Shown: one piece after another, positions 9,925-20,358 of the stretch | How positions within the stretch are numbered: the first letter of the stretch is position 1 | Layout of the letters: each line of letters opens with the position of its first letter | Assembly: GCA_016744855.1 (NCBI GenBank) | Contig: JADGDO010000001.1 | Span: 256,765-320,764, forward strand | Reading direction: 5' to 3' | Source of the DNA: Candidatus Fermentibacteraceae bacterium | GTDB taxonomy: Bacteria > Fermentibacterota > Fermentibacteria > Fermentibacterales > JCC-6 | DNA length: 64,000 bases | Notes under the pieces: model-generated | Database searches by the model: none | Told to the model about the DNA's origin: nothing | What the model saw: only the letters and a program-made list of their open reading frames with translations | Translations under genes and position numbers: made by a program

Positions 9925-11327
9925 TGTTTAATACCCTCCGATTCTTTCCTGGGAAACCAGAGCAGACCTGTCTCTTCAATAGTCAGTCCCTTTGTTTCAG
10001 GAAGAAGAAACACAGCGACAACAAGAAGTGCAAGAGTATCCAGCGCAAAAATAAAGAAAATAGAACCCGTATGCATCACTTCACGCATCATTGGAAAAAG
10101 CTGGGCTACAGCTGCACTTGTAAGCCAGACAAAGAGAATACACAGTGAAACGGCTTTTGCACGAAATTCACTCGGAAAGATTTCAGAAATAATAACAAAC
10201 TTCACAGGACCAATTGAAGAAGAGAAGAAGGCAACAAAAGCTATTACACAGAGTATTATCAGTATTCCTGTTTGCCCGTTAAGGTACAATAATCCAATAA
10301 GAATAAGCGACACCATTGTACCGGCTGAACCGACAATCAGCACTTTTCTGCGCCCTGATCTATCAATATAGCGCATTGCAACAAGGTTAAAAAGCAAGTT
10401 GATAATAGCAATTATGGAAAACCCGCCAAGGGCAGTACCTAGGTTCAACCCTGCCTGTTCGAAAAGCTGTGGTCCATAGTAAAGCACGACTGAAATGCCA
10501 CATGCTTCTGCAAAAATAGAGAGAAGTATTCCAAGAACCAGGGGTTTACGAATTTCTCTTGTAAAAAGAGAGCTGAATGTAGCCTTTCTCTCGGAATGAA
10601 TGCTTGAATGTATCTCAGTTGCGATAGACAATGCCTTTTCTTTCCCATTAATTCGCTCAAGAAGGGTTCTTGCCTCTTTTGCTCTGTTTCGTTGAACAAG
10701 CCAGCGTGGGCTTTCCGGAAGTGATAAAGAAAAAATCATAAATAGAGATGCAGGTATGGCTTCTGCTGTAAACATTGCTCTCCAGCTCTGATCAAGAAAG
10801 AAATGGGAAGTACAACCGATATGTGATCTGGAAACAAGGTAGATTGCCCAGTTCACAAAAACACAGAAAACAATCCCGAGACAGACAGCAAAATGATACA
10901 GAGTTACCATTTTGCCCCGTTTTTTCTCTGGTGATACTTCAGAAATGTATAAAGGACATGTTGTCGTTGCAATACCGCATCCAATTCCACCGAGTAATCT
11001 GGCAACAATTAGAAGCTCAGGTGAACTAGCCAGGCCACTCCATATTGCTGAGACGAGTATGGTAAAGGCAGAAGTAACAAGAACCCTTTTTCTGCCAAAG
11101 GAATCCAGGATGAAACCGCTGATAACAGAACCAATAGCACAGCCCCACAGAACACAGCTGACAAGAAAACCCAGTTGAAATGAGGTTAGTTCAAACTGAG
11201 ATACCACCTGAGGAATAACACCGGAAACAACAATCACATCATATCCAAATAGAAATCCTCCGAATGCAGCAATGAAACTGATATACCACAAATAACCAGA
11301 GGATTTATTTAAGAAGGAATGCTCCAT
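9921..11327 (-). CDS. MFS transporter, sugar-porter-like
   Basis: 12 predicted TM segments. GRK/GRR inter-helix motifs and the PESPRWL sugar-porter signature. Confidence 0.8.
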   Translation of the reverse strand: MEHSFLNKSSGYLWYISFIAAFGGFLFGYDVIVVSGVIPQVVSQFELTSFQLGFLVSCVLWGCAIGSVISGFILDSFGRKRVLVTSAFTILVSAIWSGLASSPELLIVARLLGGIGCGIATTTCPLYISEVSPEKKRGKMVTLYHFAVCLGIVFCVFVNWAIYLVSRSHIGCTSHFFLDQSWRAMFTAEAIPASLFMIFSLSLPESPRWLVQRNRAKEARTLLERINGKEKALSIATEIHSSIHSERKATFSSLFTREIRKPLVLGILLSIFAEACGISVVLYYGPQLFEQAGLNLGTALGGFSIIAIINLLFNLVAMRYIDRSGRRKVLIVGSAGTMVSLILIGLLYLNGQTGILIILCVIAFVAFFSSSIGPVKFVIISEIFPSEFRAKAVSLCILFVWLTSAAVAQLFPMMREVMHTGSIFFIFALDTLALLVVAVFLLPETKGLTIEETGLLWFPRKESEGIKQ

Positions 11328-11410
11328 ACTTGTTACTCCCTTTCACAAATCATACAGATTGTCTTTCAGAGTGTCTACAGTACAGAATCTCCCATTAATT
11401 AGCTATTGTT

Positions 11411-12214
11411 TTACTCGTCATGGCTGCGCCTCCAGGATACTACGGCATAGGCGTTGTGGTTGTGTATGCTTTCATGATTCTCTGCTGCAACGGTGAACTG
11501 GGTGATTCGAGGGTCATTTCTCAGTTTTTCAGCAACATTCCGTACTATGTCCTCAACGAATACGGGGTTGTTGTAAGCCTGTTCTGTAACATATTTTTCA
11601 TCGGGGCGCTTCAGTATGGTGTAAACAGGAGCAGAGGCAGAAGCTTCTGCAATGTCTACAAGTTCCTCTATCCATAGCATAGCAAATCCACCATCGGCAA
11701 GTTTTTGTGTTCTTACATCCATTGTGATATAACCACGCTGATTGTGCGCTCCTTTTTCACTGATTTCTTTACTGCAGGGACACAGTGTGCTTACAGGTAC
11801 CTTTACCCGTAGAACAAAATCATCATGGTTATCCCGGGACTCACCGGTAAAAGAACAGCTGTAACCCATTTTTGCCACAGCTCCGCTGACAGGAGCAGTT
11901 TTATTCAAAAAGTATGAGAATTCTATTATAATTTTTGCTGATTCTGCATCCAGTGCTCTTTTAAGTTCGTTCAACACTTTGGGTATTGTACTGCCGGTAA
12001 ATTTGCATCCTGAGAGCGTCAAAACCTCCAAAAATCTACTCATGTGAGTACCCTTGAAGTGATGCGGAAGGCTGACGGACATTGAAATTCTACCTATTGT
12101 AGTCTGCTCTTTATGGTCCTTGTCCAGAATTGTTATCGGGTACTCCAGATCTCTAATTCCGGCCTCCTGAAGAGCGATGTTTCTGTGGTCGGGTGTGTTC
12201 TGGATGTCTTTCAT
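11411..12214 (-). CDS. folE2: GTP cyclohydrolase FolE2/MptA (GCYH-IB)
   Basis: FolE2 family motifs CPCS, HNQRG and ENHESIHNHNA. 267 aa. Confidence 0.8.
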   Translation of the reverse strand: MKDIQNTPDHRNIALQEAGIRDLEYPITILDKDHKEQTTIGRISMSVSLPHHFKGTHMSRFLEVLTLSGCKFTGSTIPKVLNELKRALDAESAKIIIEFSYFLNKTAPVSGAVAKMGYSCSFTGESRDNHDDFVLRVKVPVSTLCPCSKEISEKGAHNQRGYITMDVRTQKLADGGFAMLWIEELVDIAEASASAPVYTILKRPDEKYVTEQAYNNPVFVEDIVRNVAEKLRNDPRITQFTVAAENHESIHNHNAYAVVSWRRSHDE

Positions 12215-12564
12215 TCACTGTACCTACACCCTGTAGATTCGGTCTCTTTAACCTCGAGCATTGAAAGCTCAGGTAGCTGTGGCTTGATAGCAGTCCAGAG
12301 CCATTTTGCTATGTGCTCGCTTGTGGGGTTTTCAAGACCTCCGATATCATTAAGGTACGAGTGATCGAGTTGATCAATAATCGGTGCACATATTGATTTG
12401 ATCTCACCATAGTCTCTTACCCACCCGGTATCAGCACCCGTGGGCCCCTCAATGTGTACGAAGACTCTGAATGTATGCCCGTGAAGATTTGAGCATCTAT
12501 GACTGTCGGGAAGGTTGGGCAACCGGTGCGCGGCATCAAATTTGAATTCTCTGTATATCTCCAT
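12211..12564 (-). CDS. queD: 6-carboxy-5,6,7,8-tetrahydropterin synthase QueD
   Basis: PTPS-fold motifs CSNLHGHTF and EFKFDAAHRL. 117 aa. Confidence 0.85.
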   Translation of the reverse strand: MEIYREFKFDAAHRLPNLPDSHRCSNLHGHTFRVFVHIEGPTGADTGWVRDYGEIKSICAPIIDQLDHSYLNDIGGLENPTSEHIAKWLWTAIKPQLPELSMLEVKETESTGCRYSE

Positions 12565-12576
12565 GATTACTCCTGT

Positions 12577-13182
12577 TTATGGTATTCCAATAAATCTGTG
12601 TGTCTGTAAGCTCAATCGCCACTTAGGATTGGCAATACAGAATTCAACTGAGTTCTTCAGATGCAACTGATACTCATGGTCAAACTTGGGTTGAATCCAG
12701 AAGTGATCAAACTGTAATTGTGCAAGAGCCTCAAAATCGGTGTTCTTCTGGGGAAAGACTATTTTTATCTCATCACCAGAATTCTGGCAGGGCATCTCTC
12801 CTGCTTTGGGGCTAACGCAAATCCAGTCAATCTCTTCCGGACACTCAATCGTACCATTTGTTTCAATAGATATTCTGAATCCTCTTCTGTGAAACTCATC
12901 TATAAGAGGCTTGTCAATCTGAAGCAGAGGCTCTCCCCCGGTGCAGAGAACATTTACCCTTTCCTGCTTAGCTGTCCAGTGATCAGCTACACTCTCAGCG
13001 AGAGACTCTGGGGTTTTAAAGACGCCACCACCATCACCGTCTGTTCCCGTGAAATCGGTGTCACAGAATTCACAGTTCAAATTGCATCCCGAAAAGCGGA
13101 GAAGAACAACTGCAGTTCCGGCTTGAGCTCCCTCCCCTTGAAGAGTAAGGATAATTTCCTTAACTAAGTATTCTGAATTCAT
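12577..13182 (-). CDS. queE: 7-carboxy-7-deazaguanine synthase QueE (radical SAM)
   Basis: CNLNCEFCDT (Cx3Cx2C) near the N-terminus in QueE-like context. About 200 aa. Confidence 0.8.
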   Translation of the reverse strand: MNSEYLVKEIILTLQGEGAQAGTAVVLLRFSGCNLNCEFCDTDFTGTDGDGGGVFKTPESLAESVADHWTAKQERVNVLCTGGEPLLQIDKPLIDEFHRRGFRISIETNGTIECPEEIDWICVSPKAGEMPCQNSGDEIKIVFPQKNTDFEALAQLQFDHFWIQPKFDHEYQLHLKNSVEFCIANPKWRLSLQTHRFIGIP

Positions 13183-13868
13183 TTCTCTCTCTGCCTATAC
13201 TTAGCTGGGTCGGTTAGTCTGTTGGTTTTGAAGCCCTGGAGCCTTAGAGTGCAGGCATCGCAGAGACCGCAACTCAGCCCATTGCTGTCTGGTTGATAGC
13301 AACTCATTGTCATTCCGTAATCCACTCCAATCTCGGTTCCCTTTTTAATAATCTCTGCTTTGGTCAGGTAGAGAAGAGGGGCTTCGATAACGGGAGGTTT
13401 ACCGTTCACAGCATCCCGGGTGGCAAGATTTGCAAGATTCTGAAAGGCTTTTATGAATTCCGGTCTGCAATCAGGGTATCCACTGTAATCAACAGAGTTA
13501 ACGCCGATGTAAATGCGTTCAGCCCCTCTTGATTCTGCTATACCAAGAGCAATGGAGAGGAAAATTGTATTTCTTGCAGGGACATAAGTGGAAGGTATCT
13601 CTTTTTCGATCTCAGTTCTGTTCTCTGGTACCGCGCTACCCCCTGTTAAGGATGAGCCCTTAAAGGGTTCCGGGTCCAGGTCAATAATAATATGCTCTTT
13701 TGCGTCGTAGTACTTCGCGATTACTTCAGCTCTCTCCAGCTCCAGTGTATGCTTCTGCCCGTACCTGAATGAGAGTGCTGTAACATCAAAATGCTTGACA
13801 GCCATTGCAAGTACTGTTGTAGAGTCCAAGCCACCGCTTAAAAGAACTATTGCTTTTTGTCTGCTCAT
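13179..13868 (-). CDS. queC: 7-cyano-7-deazaguanine synthase QueC
   Basis: PP-loop SGGLDSTT and C-terminal Zn motif CGLCDAC. Confidence 0.9.
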   Translation of the reverse strand: MSRQKAIVLLSGGLDSTTVLAMAVKHFDVTALSFRYGQKHTLELERAEVIAKYYDAKEHIIIDLDPEPFKGSSLTGGSAVPENRTEIEKEIPSTYVPARNTIFLSIALGIAESRGAERIYIGVNSVDYSGYPDCRPEFIKAFQNLANLATRDAVNGKPPVIEAPLLYLTKAEIIKKGTEIGVDYGMTMSCYQPDSNGLSCGLCDACTLRLQGFKTNRLTDPAKYRQREK

Positions 13869-15133
13869 TAGACTACTATTTTCATTTCTTTGATTTTAGT
13901 TAAAAGAGTTCTGTAACTGACTCCAAGAATCTCAGAAGCTTTCTTGCGGTTGCCACCGGTCTCAGCAAGTGCTGATGAAATCAGTGCTTTTTCTCTACTT
14001 CTTGCTGCATGTGCTGCCTGCTCTACAAGCGAGCCTTCCTGGATTGAGTCAGGGAATTCGAGGCATTTGGAAGTAATTTTTCCACTGACTGAATTGACAC
14101 ATGCTCGTCTAATGAGATTCTTTAACTCTCTGATATTGCCCGGCCAGCTGTAAGTGTGGATAGAATGAAGAGCATCCTGCGTAAAGAGTTCGCCAGCATA
14201 GAGATTAAGATAGTGCTCTGCAATCAGTCTTATATCATCTCCTCTTTCTCGAAGTGGCGGCAATTGTACCGGGTACTCACTAATTCTGTAGAAGAGATCC
14301 TCTCTGAAGAGTTTTCTCTCAACCATCTGGCGCAAATCTCTGTTGCTGGCAGCAATCACCAGGGCATCTGATTTAAGCTCATTTGTACCACCAACAGAAT
14401 GATAGGTGCCAGATTCGAGAACCCTAAGAAGTTTTCCCTGGAGCGAAAGGTCGAGATCAGCGATCTCGTCTAGGAAGATGGAACCTCCATTTGCAATGGT
14501 GAATCTTCCGGGACGGGCCTCTGTTGAGCCTGTATAGGCACCTTTTTCAGCACCGAAAAGTTCGCTCTCCATGAGATTTTCAGGTATTGCTGCACAGTTC
14601 ACTGGAACAAACGGTCCATTTTCTCTGCCGCTGCAGCTGTGAATTCGTCTTGCGAGCAGTTCCTTACCGGTTCCGCTTTCACCGAGGATAAGAATGTTCA
14701 TTCCGCTTGGGGCAGCTCTTTCGGCTCTGCCAAGTGATTCAAGATAAGCTGATGATCTGCCCAACATTGAATCAGAGCTGTGAGAAGATGCTGATGATAG
14801 TTTTTCAAGAAGTTCATCAAGCTTAAAAGGCTTACTGATAAAATCTGCAGCACCTTTTTTCATGGCATCCACAGCCATATCGATAGTACCGAAGGCAGTC
14901 ATCACTATAACAGGGGTGTCGGAAGGTGTATTTTCCAGAACATCTATGCCATTGTATCTGCCCGGTATGCATACATCAGTAAGAACTGCACTGAAAGAAT
15001 TAGCTTCTATTTGTTTCAATGCGGAATCTCCATCAGGAACTGCAGTGACATGCCATCCATCTTCGGTAAGAGCAGTAGAGAGCATTACTCTCATCCCTCT
15101 CTTGTCTTCGACTAGAAGTATGTTTTTCATCAA
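13868..15133 (-). CDS. sigma-54-dependent response regulator (NtrC family: REC, AAA+ sigma54 activator, Fis-type HTH)
   Basis: REC LLVEDKRG...D. Walker A GESGTGKELLAR. GAFTGA-type motif FGAEKGAYTGS. C-terminal HTH. Confidence 0.9.
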   Translation of the reverse strand: MMKNILLVEDKRGMRVMLSTALTEDGWHVTAVPDGDSALKQIEANSFSAVLTDVCIPGRYNGIDVLENTPSDTPVIVMTAFGTIDMAVDAMKKGAADFISKPFKLDELLEKLSSASSHSSDSMLGRSSAYLESLGRAERAAPSGMNILILGESGTGKELLARRIHSCSGRENGPFVPVNCAAIPENLMESELFGAEKGAYTGSTEARPGRFTIANGGSIFLDEIADLDLSLQGKLLRVLESGTYHSVGGTNELKSDALVIAASNRDLRQMVERKLFREDLFYRISEYPVQLPPLRERGDDIRLIAEHYLNLYAGELFTQDALHSIHTYSWPGNIRELKNLIRRACVNSVSGKITSKCLEFPDSIQEGSLVEQAAHAARSREKALISSALAETGGNRKKASEILGVSYRTLLTKIKEMKIVV

Positions 15134-16761
15134 CTACTCTCCAGATAGGGGATAGTTACGGTAAATACTGCTCCTCCGTCTTCCCTGTTTGCAGCCTTGA
15201 TTGATCCGCCCATTGCTCTAACAAGTCTTCTTGTTATTGTGAGGCCTAAGCCCATTCCTCCCTCAGCTTCTGCGGTAGTATACATTGGTCTGAATACGAT
15301 GTCCGGCGGTTCAGGTAGACCGGGCCCACGGTCGCGAACACTGAAGACGAGCGCATCATCATTAGAAGAATTATAAGCTACAACATCTATTGCAACTTCC
15401 GCAGAAAATCTAAAGGCATTTGATAAGAGGTTTTCCATTATTCTGGTAATCAGTATCTCGCCGCCGGGTATGGATAGATCAGGTTCCCTTTCTAATTTGT
15501 CTGCTATTTTACAGTTTACCGATTGGCTCTCTGATATGGAAGCAATAAGGGAAACGGCTGTTTCTGATGTTATGGTACTTTCGATGGAATTCTGCTGTGC
15601 GAGGTTTCTGAATGCTTCAACCATTTTTCTGGCAGAATCAAGCTCCAGGCCGGCCTCGTCGAGGATACCCCTTGTGCGTTCAGACTCCCCTCCCCTTCCA
15701 AGAAGTTCTAGAAATCCACCAAGGGCGCAGAGAGCATTGCCGATTTCATGGGCAACCCCTCCTGAAAGAGCGCCAAGATCTGCTAAAGCACTCTCTTCTG
15801 AAAGGCGTCTTTCAAGCATTACGGAAGCAGTCACATCTGTTACCAGGATGATTCGTTCATCATTTTCACCGGGAGTAATCTTAAATCTGAAGATTCTTCC
15901 ATTGTCTTCGCCATCCCATTCTGTTACACCCTTTTCCAGAAAAGGAGCCAGATTATCATTTAAACTTTCAGTGCTGCTTGATCCCGCTTTAAAATGAAAC
16001 ATCTCTGAAGCCTGCTTGTTCCAGAGAGAAGGTATCCCACCTGAATCAAGAACCATCACAGAAGAGCCCATGGCCTCTAAGACTGAACCTGATCTAGACT
16101 CTGCAGTCTGTGCGCGATTCAATGCTTCAACCCTTAACTCATCAAGCTGCGCGTCCCTTCTACCAAGAAGATGTACAAGCTTATGAAAGGAAGCATTGGC
16201 AGTTATTGCATTGCTCCCACCGCCGCTTTCGAACCGATCTGCCTCGCCTAAAATGCCCCTTAAAGGGTCAAGAACTGTTCTTCTCAGGAAAGAGGGCACC
16301 AGTATTGCAACAACCGTCAACACTGCTGCAAAAAGAGCAAAGAGGAAAAGAATAATCCTGCTCTCTCCAAGGATTGAAGGCATTTCCATAAACAGAGAAA
16401 CTCTGTATCCATCAGCTGAGGTGTAGGTTATTCGCTGTGCACTATCAAAGTCTTCCAGGCTAATCGAAGGATATGCAAGAACATTATCATCATCAGAAAC
16501 AATTACCGCAGCGGTAACACCGCCTCCCGGAATAGATGAGCTTACAACAGATTCAAGAGAGCTTTGGGTAGGTCTTACTCCCAAAGCATGAGCTATGTAC
16601 TCTGCCCTTGCGTAAGAGGCAGATTCCAATGTGGTACGAGCATCTGAAACTACCAACCAGAGCACAAGGAATGCTACCACCGCTGCGAGAGCCGAAGCTC
16701 CCGTGACAAGGGCGGTAAGACCCTCTACACCTAGAACAAATTGTTTACCACTCTCTTTCAT
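15130..16761 (-). CDS. sensor histidine kinase (NtrB-like partner, membrane-anchored, PAS, HisKA, HATPase)
   Basis: H-box GGVAHEIGNAL. G-boxes DRGPGLP / GMGLGL. 4-nt overlap with the downstream sigma-54 RR. Confidence 0.8.
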   Translation of the reverse strand: MKESGKQFVLGVEGLTALVTGASALAAVVAFLVLWLVVSDARTTLESASYARAEYIAHALGVRPTQSSLESVVSSSIPGGGVTAAVIVSDDDNVLAYPSISLEDFDSAQRITYTSADGYRVSLFMEMPSILGESRIILFLFALFAAVLTVVAILVPSFLRRTVLDPLRGILGEADRFESGGGSNAITANASFHKLVHLLGRRDAQLDELRVEALNRAQTAESRSGSVLEAMGSSVMVLDSGGIPSLWNKQASEMFHFKAGSSSTESLNDNLAPFLEKGVTEWDGEDNGRIFRFKITPGENDERIILVTDVTASVMLERRLSEESALADLGALSGGVAHEIGNALCALGGFLELLGRGGESERTRGILDEAGLELDSARKMVEAFRNLAQQNSIESTITSETAVSLIASISESQSVNCKIADKLEREPDLSIPGGEILITRIMENLLSNAFRFSAEVAIDVVAYNSSNDDALVFSVRDRGPGLPEPPDIVFRPMYTTAEAEGGMGLGLTITRRLVRAMGGSIKAANREDGGAVFTVTIPYLESS

Positions 16762-17585
16762 TGGAGACCTTTTCTAAATTTAAGATAGTCCCGGTAACCG
16801 CAAGTAAAGGCTTTGTTGTTATGTAGCAATGCTGCAATGTAATGCAACGGCAGCCAAAAAGCCCTCTCCAGCTCTTGCTTCAGTGAGTCACAATTCTCGT
16901 CCATGAATATAAATCTGTTACGTTCTCTAAGAGTTTCAGCTGCGAGAGAGGCTCCCATTGTCGCAGCATGTATATGACGTACAGTAATCTCAGGACATCT
17001 TTTCATCTTGTATCCGGCTTTTTGCATTCTTACACCTAGATCTGTATCCTCCCAGTAGATTGGCGCATAGAGGGTGCTTAGCCCACCTAGTTCCTTCCAT
17101 ATATGCTTCTTCCAAAGTGCACATGCCCCTGAAGGATATTCCTCGCCCTCAACGTCCTCACCTGTAACTGCGAGACCATTACGAAAACACCACTTGTAGT
17201 GGCTGTCATCGGAGCCGTCCGGTCTAATTATTGAGGGAACAGCGACACCCACATCGGAGCCGGACTTATCAAGTGCTGAAACTAATTGTTTGAAAGAGTC
17301 AGCTTCTGGAATAGTATCGTTATTCAGAAGCATCAGATACTCGCTTTCAGCCTCTTCCATTCCCAGGTTTACAGCATAGCAGAAACCGGGGTTCTGCTTT
17401 CTGGATAAAAGAACAACGTCAGGGAATAGTTTGGGGATAACTTTCAAAGTATCGTCATCAGAGCAGTCATCAACAACAATAATCTCTCCACCAGCGTTCA
17501 GGGTTTCTTCTATAATTGCGGGAAGGAATTCCCTGAGAATCTTTAGCCCGTTTTTAGAGGGAATGATAACTGAGAGCTTATTCAT
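16758..17585 (-). CDS. glycosyltransferase family 2
   Basis: VIIPSKNG...IIVVDDCSDDDT GT2 signature. Confidence 0.8.
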   Translation of the reverse strand: MNKLSVIIPSKNGLKILREFLPAIIEETLNAGGEIIVVDDCSDDDTLKVIPKLFPDVVLLSRKQNPGFCYAVNLGMEEAESEYLMLLNNDTIPEADSFKQLVSALDKSGSDVGVAVPSIIRPDGSDDSHYKWCFRNGLAVTGEDVEGEEYPSGACALWKKHIWKELGGLSTLYAPIYWEDTDLGVRMQKAGYKMKRCPEITVRHIHAATMGASLAAETLRERNRFIFMDENCDSLKQELERAFWLPLHYIAALLHNNKAFTCGYRDYLKFRKGLQ

Positions 17586-19582
17586 TGAAGTAGGTTTCCT
17601 TTTGAAATGTCGATTCTATCAATGTAAACAGGTGGTCCGCTGTGATGCTGAATAAGTAAAGTACCACTTTCAGTATCAATGCTGTCGAGAGGAATCGAAA
17701 AAGTTTGAATCAACCTGTTTTCAGGCCAGTCAGGCAGCATTCGTCTTTCTTCTCTCATTAAGTGAAAAGGTGCAGGCATTTCAATAAGAGGTGTTTCTAC
17801 AGGGATCAGTCTGGATCCGACAGAGAGAAAACCTCCCCCCCCAGACATCTCTAGATAAATGGTGTCACCCGTTTCCACTTCCGGCAATAGGATTGTCTGC
17901 CCCGGTTCTTTTAGTTCGAGCAATCTCTCCCTGCTGTTGAACCAAAAGTATCTTTCGGTAGGATCTGGACTTCGAGGATAGAGAGAAACTCCCTGTGCAA
18001 TATGCGCAGGAAGGTCTTCGGCCTCGTATCCAGTTGGATGAAGCCCCAGAGCAAAAATTACTGCGAAGATGATAACAAAAGAAAGCACTCTGTACTTTTC
18101 CAGGCTTCTAAAAACGAAAAGCATGGAAAGAACAAAGAAGATAGCTGCACAGAGTTGCAACGGATCACTCCTGACCATAGAAAATCCACTTACAACTCCC
18201 AGAAGTGTCAGAATGCTGTCCGATCCATCGGCGTAGTTGTATCTGCAGAAAGGAGAAGCAACAACGATAGCTGAAATGGCAATTGAAATAATGATTAGAA
18301 GCTTTGATTCCTTCTCTTTCCAGACATGGACCAGTCCTGAAGCGAAGAGAGGGAGCATGGGAAGAAACATCCGCCCTGCAGGAGCGGGAAGACCATGCCA
18401 GGAAGAACCGGACCACAACACAAGAAAAAGCCAGTAGAGAACTGAGGGAATGAAAAGTCTCTTAAATCTTTTCGGTTGCTTTTTCCTGACGATAACGAGT
18501 CCTGCTATGGCTGCAATCACCCAGGGTGCTCTGAAAATCAGGCCGGCTTCAGGGTCAAACAAGCTCCAGCCGGCATGTGCTAGAGTTTCAAGGGGTCTGC
18601 TGAATAAGTTCATGCGGATAAGGTTGACCGCTCCTATGTTTCCATATCTGCTCCAGAAAACAATTCCGTTCAAAATGTACCTATCAATGACGAGAAGAAT
18701 AAACCCTGATCCGATCCATATCAAAGGAACAAGCCATTTCTTCTTACCAGCCGTCATACAGGCATATTCTGCTACAATTATTCCAGCAGCAAGCCCTATA
18801 TACCTCATTTTCAGAGCAACAAGAGTGAGGGCGATCAAAAACCTCAGAAGAGAAAACTTCTTACCCTCCGGCAGAAGAACACCGAGTGTAAACAAACCAA
18901 GAGCAAGCCAACCGGTCATAGCAAGACCAAGTATCCCGAAGCCGGGATACAACAGTGCTGCGGTTACTGCAATTCCAGGATTGGTAAGCTTTGAGAGTAA
19001 CAGAACCGCTAGAAGAGAGATGATTACGGGAATAATTCTTAGACCTAAATCACCCGCTAACAAGCCTGGAGAAATAAGAAGAGGAAAAAGTGGTGTGTGG
19101 TGCCCTTCTGTTGAGCTAATATCTCCAGATCGAAAACGAGTTTCAGAAAAGCGCTCGCTGGAAATACCGGACAAATTGGATGCCTGTTCTGCAAATCTCA
19201 CCTCATCACCATTTATTTCAGCTGTAATAAGAGATAGAAAAAGCAGGGGGAGGAGGGCTCTTATAACTCCGGAATTGTTTTTAGCTATGCTGATTCCCCA
19301 TGCAATTAGACCTGCAACAGGAATAGCAGCAGCAATAATCCACGCTTCCGGATGCAGCATCCAGAGCCAACTGCCCGTAGTGAAACTTAAAGTCATCGGG
19401 ATGAACCATACTTGGCGTTGACTCCTACCGTTCAGGATCGAAGCAAGTAACCAGGCAAGAGGAATGAAAAGCCCTGCAAAACCGGGAATAGGCATTCCGG
19501 CAAGACGCCATACAGCGTATATCCAAATTGCGAACAGCGCCATTAACAGAGAATGTCGATAGGCACGAATTGTATTTCTCAC
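17582..19582 (-). CDS. large polytopic membrane protein, GT-C-like (ArnT/PMT/YfhO-type putative membrane glycosyltransferase)
   Basis: More than 12 hydrophobic segments and a C-terminal soluble domain. Sits in a glycosyltransferase cluster with a polyprenol-P sugar synthase. Confidence 0.4.
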   Translation of the reverse strand: MRNTIRAYRHSLLMALFAIWIYAVWRLAGMPIPGFAGLFIPLAWLLASILNGRSQRQVWFIPMTLSFTTGSWLWMLHPEAWIIAAAIPVAGLIAWGISIAKNNSGVIRALLPLLFLSLITAEINGDEVRFAEQASNLSGISSERFSETRFRSGDISSTEGHHTPLFPLLISPGLLAGDLGLRIIPVIISLLAVLLLSKLTNPGIAVTAALLYPGFGILGLAMTGWLALGLFTLGVLLPEGKKFSLLRFLIALTLVALKMRYIGLAAGIIVAEYACMTAGKKKWLVPLIWIGSGFILLVIDRYILNGIVFWSRYGNIGAVNLIRMNLFSRPLETLAHAGWSLFDPEAGLIFRAPWVIAAIAGLVIVRKKQPKRFKRLFIPSVLYWLFLVLWSGSSWHGLPAPAGRMFLPMLPLFASGLVHVWKEKESKLLIIISIAISAIVVASPFCRYNYADGSDSILTLLGVVSGFSMVRSDPLQLCAAIFFVLSMLFVFRSLEKYRVLSFVIIFAVIFALGLHPTGYEAEDLPAHIAQGVSLYPRSPDPTERYFWFNSRERLLELKEPGQTILLPEVETGDTIYLEMSGGGGFLSVGSRLIPVETPLIEMPAPFHLMREERRMLPDWPENRLIQTFSIPLDSIDTESGTLLIQHHSGPPVYIDRIDISKGNLLQ

Positions 19583-20358
19583 AATCGTTCCCCCCCGGCT
19601 GTTGCATGAATCACTGAATGATTAAATGGTCGAAAATCTCTCATTAGTGTCAGTGCAAGCGTGTCTCCGGGAGTCATTGTAAAACTGAGAGTATCAGTTC
19701 CGGACGGAAGCAGAAGCATTTCTTCTCCCAGACGAACAGCAAAGAGAGGAATACTGTCTCTGACACCTCCTGCTTCAAGGGCAATCCAGACCGCCCAGAC
19801 TCCCTGTTTCGGAGCAGCTAGAAGCACTTCTGGTCTCGAAGTGTTCACCTCTGGTATGTTGTAAGAGATGATTCCTGAATCAATTGTTGAACCTGCTATG
19901 CATGCATTTTCCCTTGGTGGTTGCGGTAGGCCTGTAAAAAATGCTGAAAGAACAAAACCCGCAGCAATCAGAAGGTATTTGAATCGGTTTCTACCCAGCA
20001 GTACACCCATTGCACCCACAACAGCAAGTGGTATTGAAAATGACACCGGAACAAGCCACAGAACGGAGGCAAGTGCGGTGAAGGCTGTTACCCTTTCCCT
20101 CGTGTGTCCTCCCGATACACATAGAGGAAGAGATGCGGTAAGTATAGCCCACGGCATAAGAACAGGAGATGATACAGCAAGGAGAGAAGAAAGCAGTACG
20201 AAGGGAAAATACGGAGAACTGAGTGTAAATGAGAGAAGGGTAAAAAGAGCAATTAAGGGTATTGTTTCAACAGAAAAACCTCTGAAAAGGTTAACTGCCG
20301 CCCAGAGTGCATAACCGGCAAGAAGAACAGCCGGTTCTCTTTTATCTTTTATAATCAT
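19579..20358 (-). CDS. integral membrane protein
   Basis: Multiple hydrophobic helices. Operon context. Confidence 0.4.
   Translation of the reverse strand: MIIKDKREPAVLLAGYALWAAVNLFRGFSVETIPLIALFTLLSFTLSSPYFPFVLLSSLLAVSSPVLMPWAILTASLPLCVSGGHTRERVTAFTALASVLWLVPVSFSIPLAVVGAMGVLLGRNRFKYLLIAAGFVLSAFFTGLPQPPRENACIAGSTIDSGIISYNIPEVNTSRPEVLLAAPKQGVWAVWIALEAGGVRDSIPLFAVRLGEEMLLLPSGTDTLSFTMTPGDTLALTLMRDFRPFNHSVIHATAGGERL

Noticed and set aside
11411-13868. preQ0 genes as part of a 7-deazaguanine DNA-modification (Dpd) or restriction-like system
   Set aside because: No DpdA/Tgt-like transglycosylase, DpdB/C, helicase or nuclease genes are adjacent. queF is present, which is consistent with tRNA queuosine synthesis.
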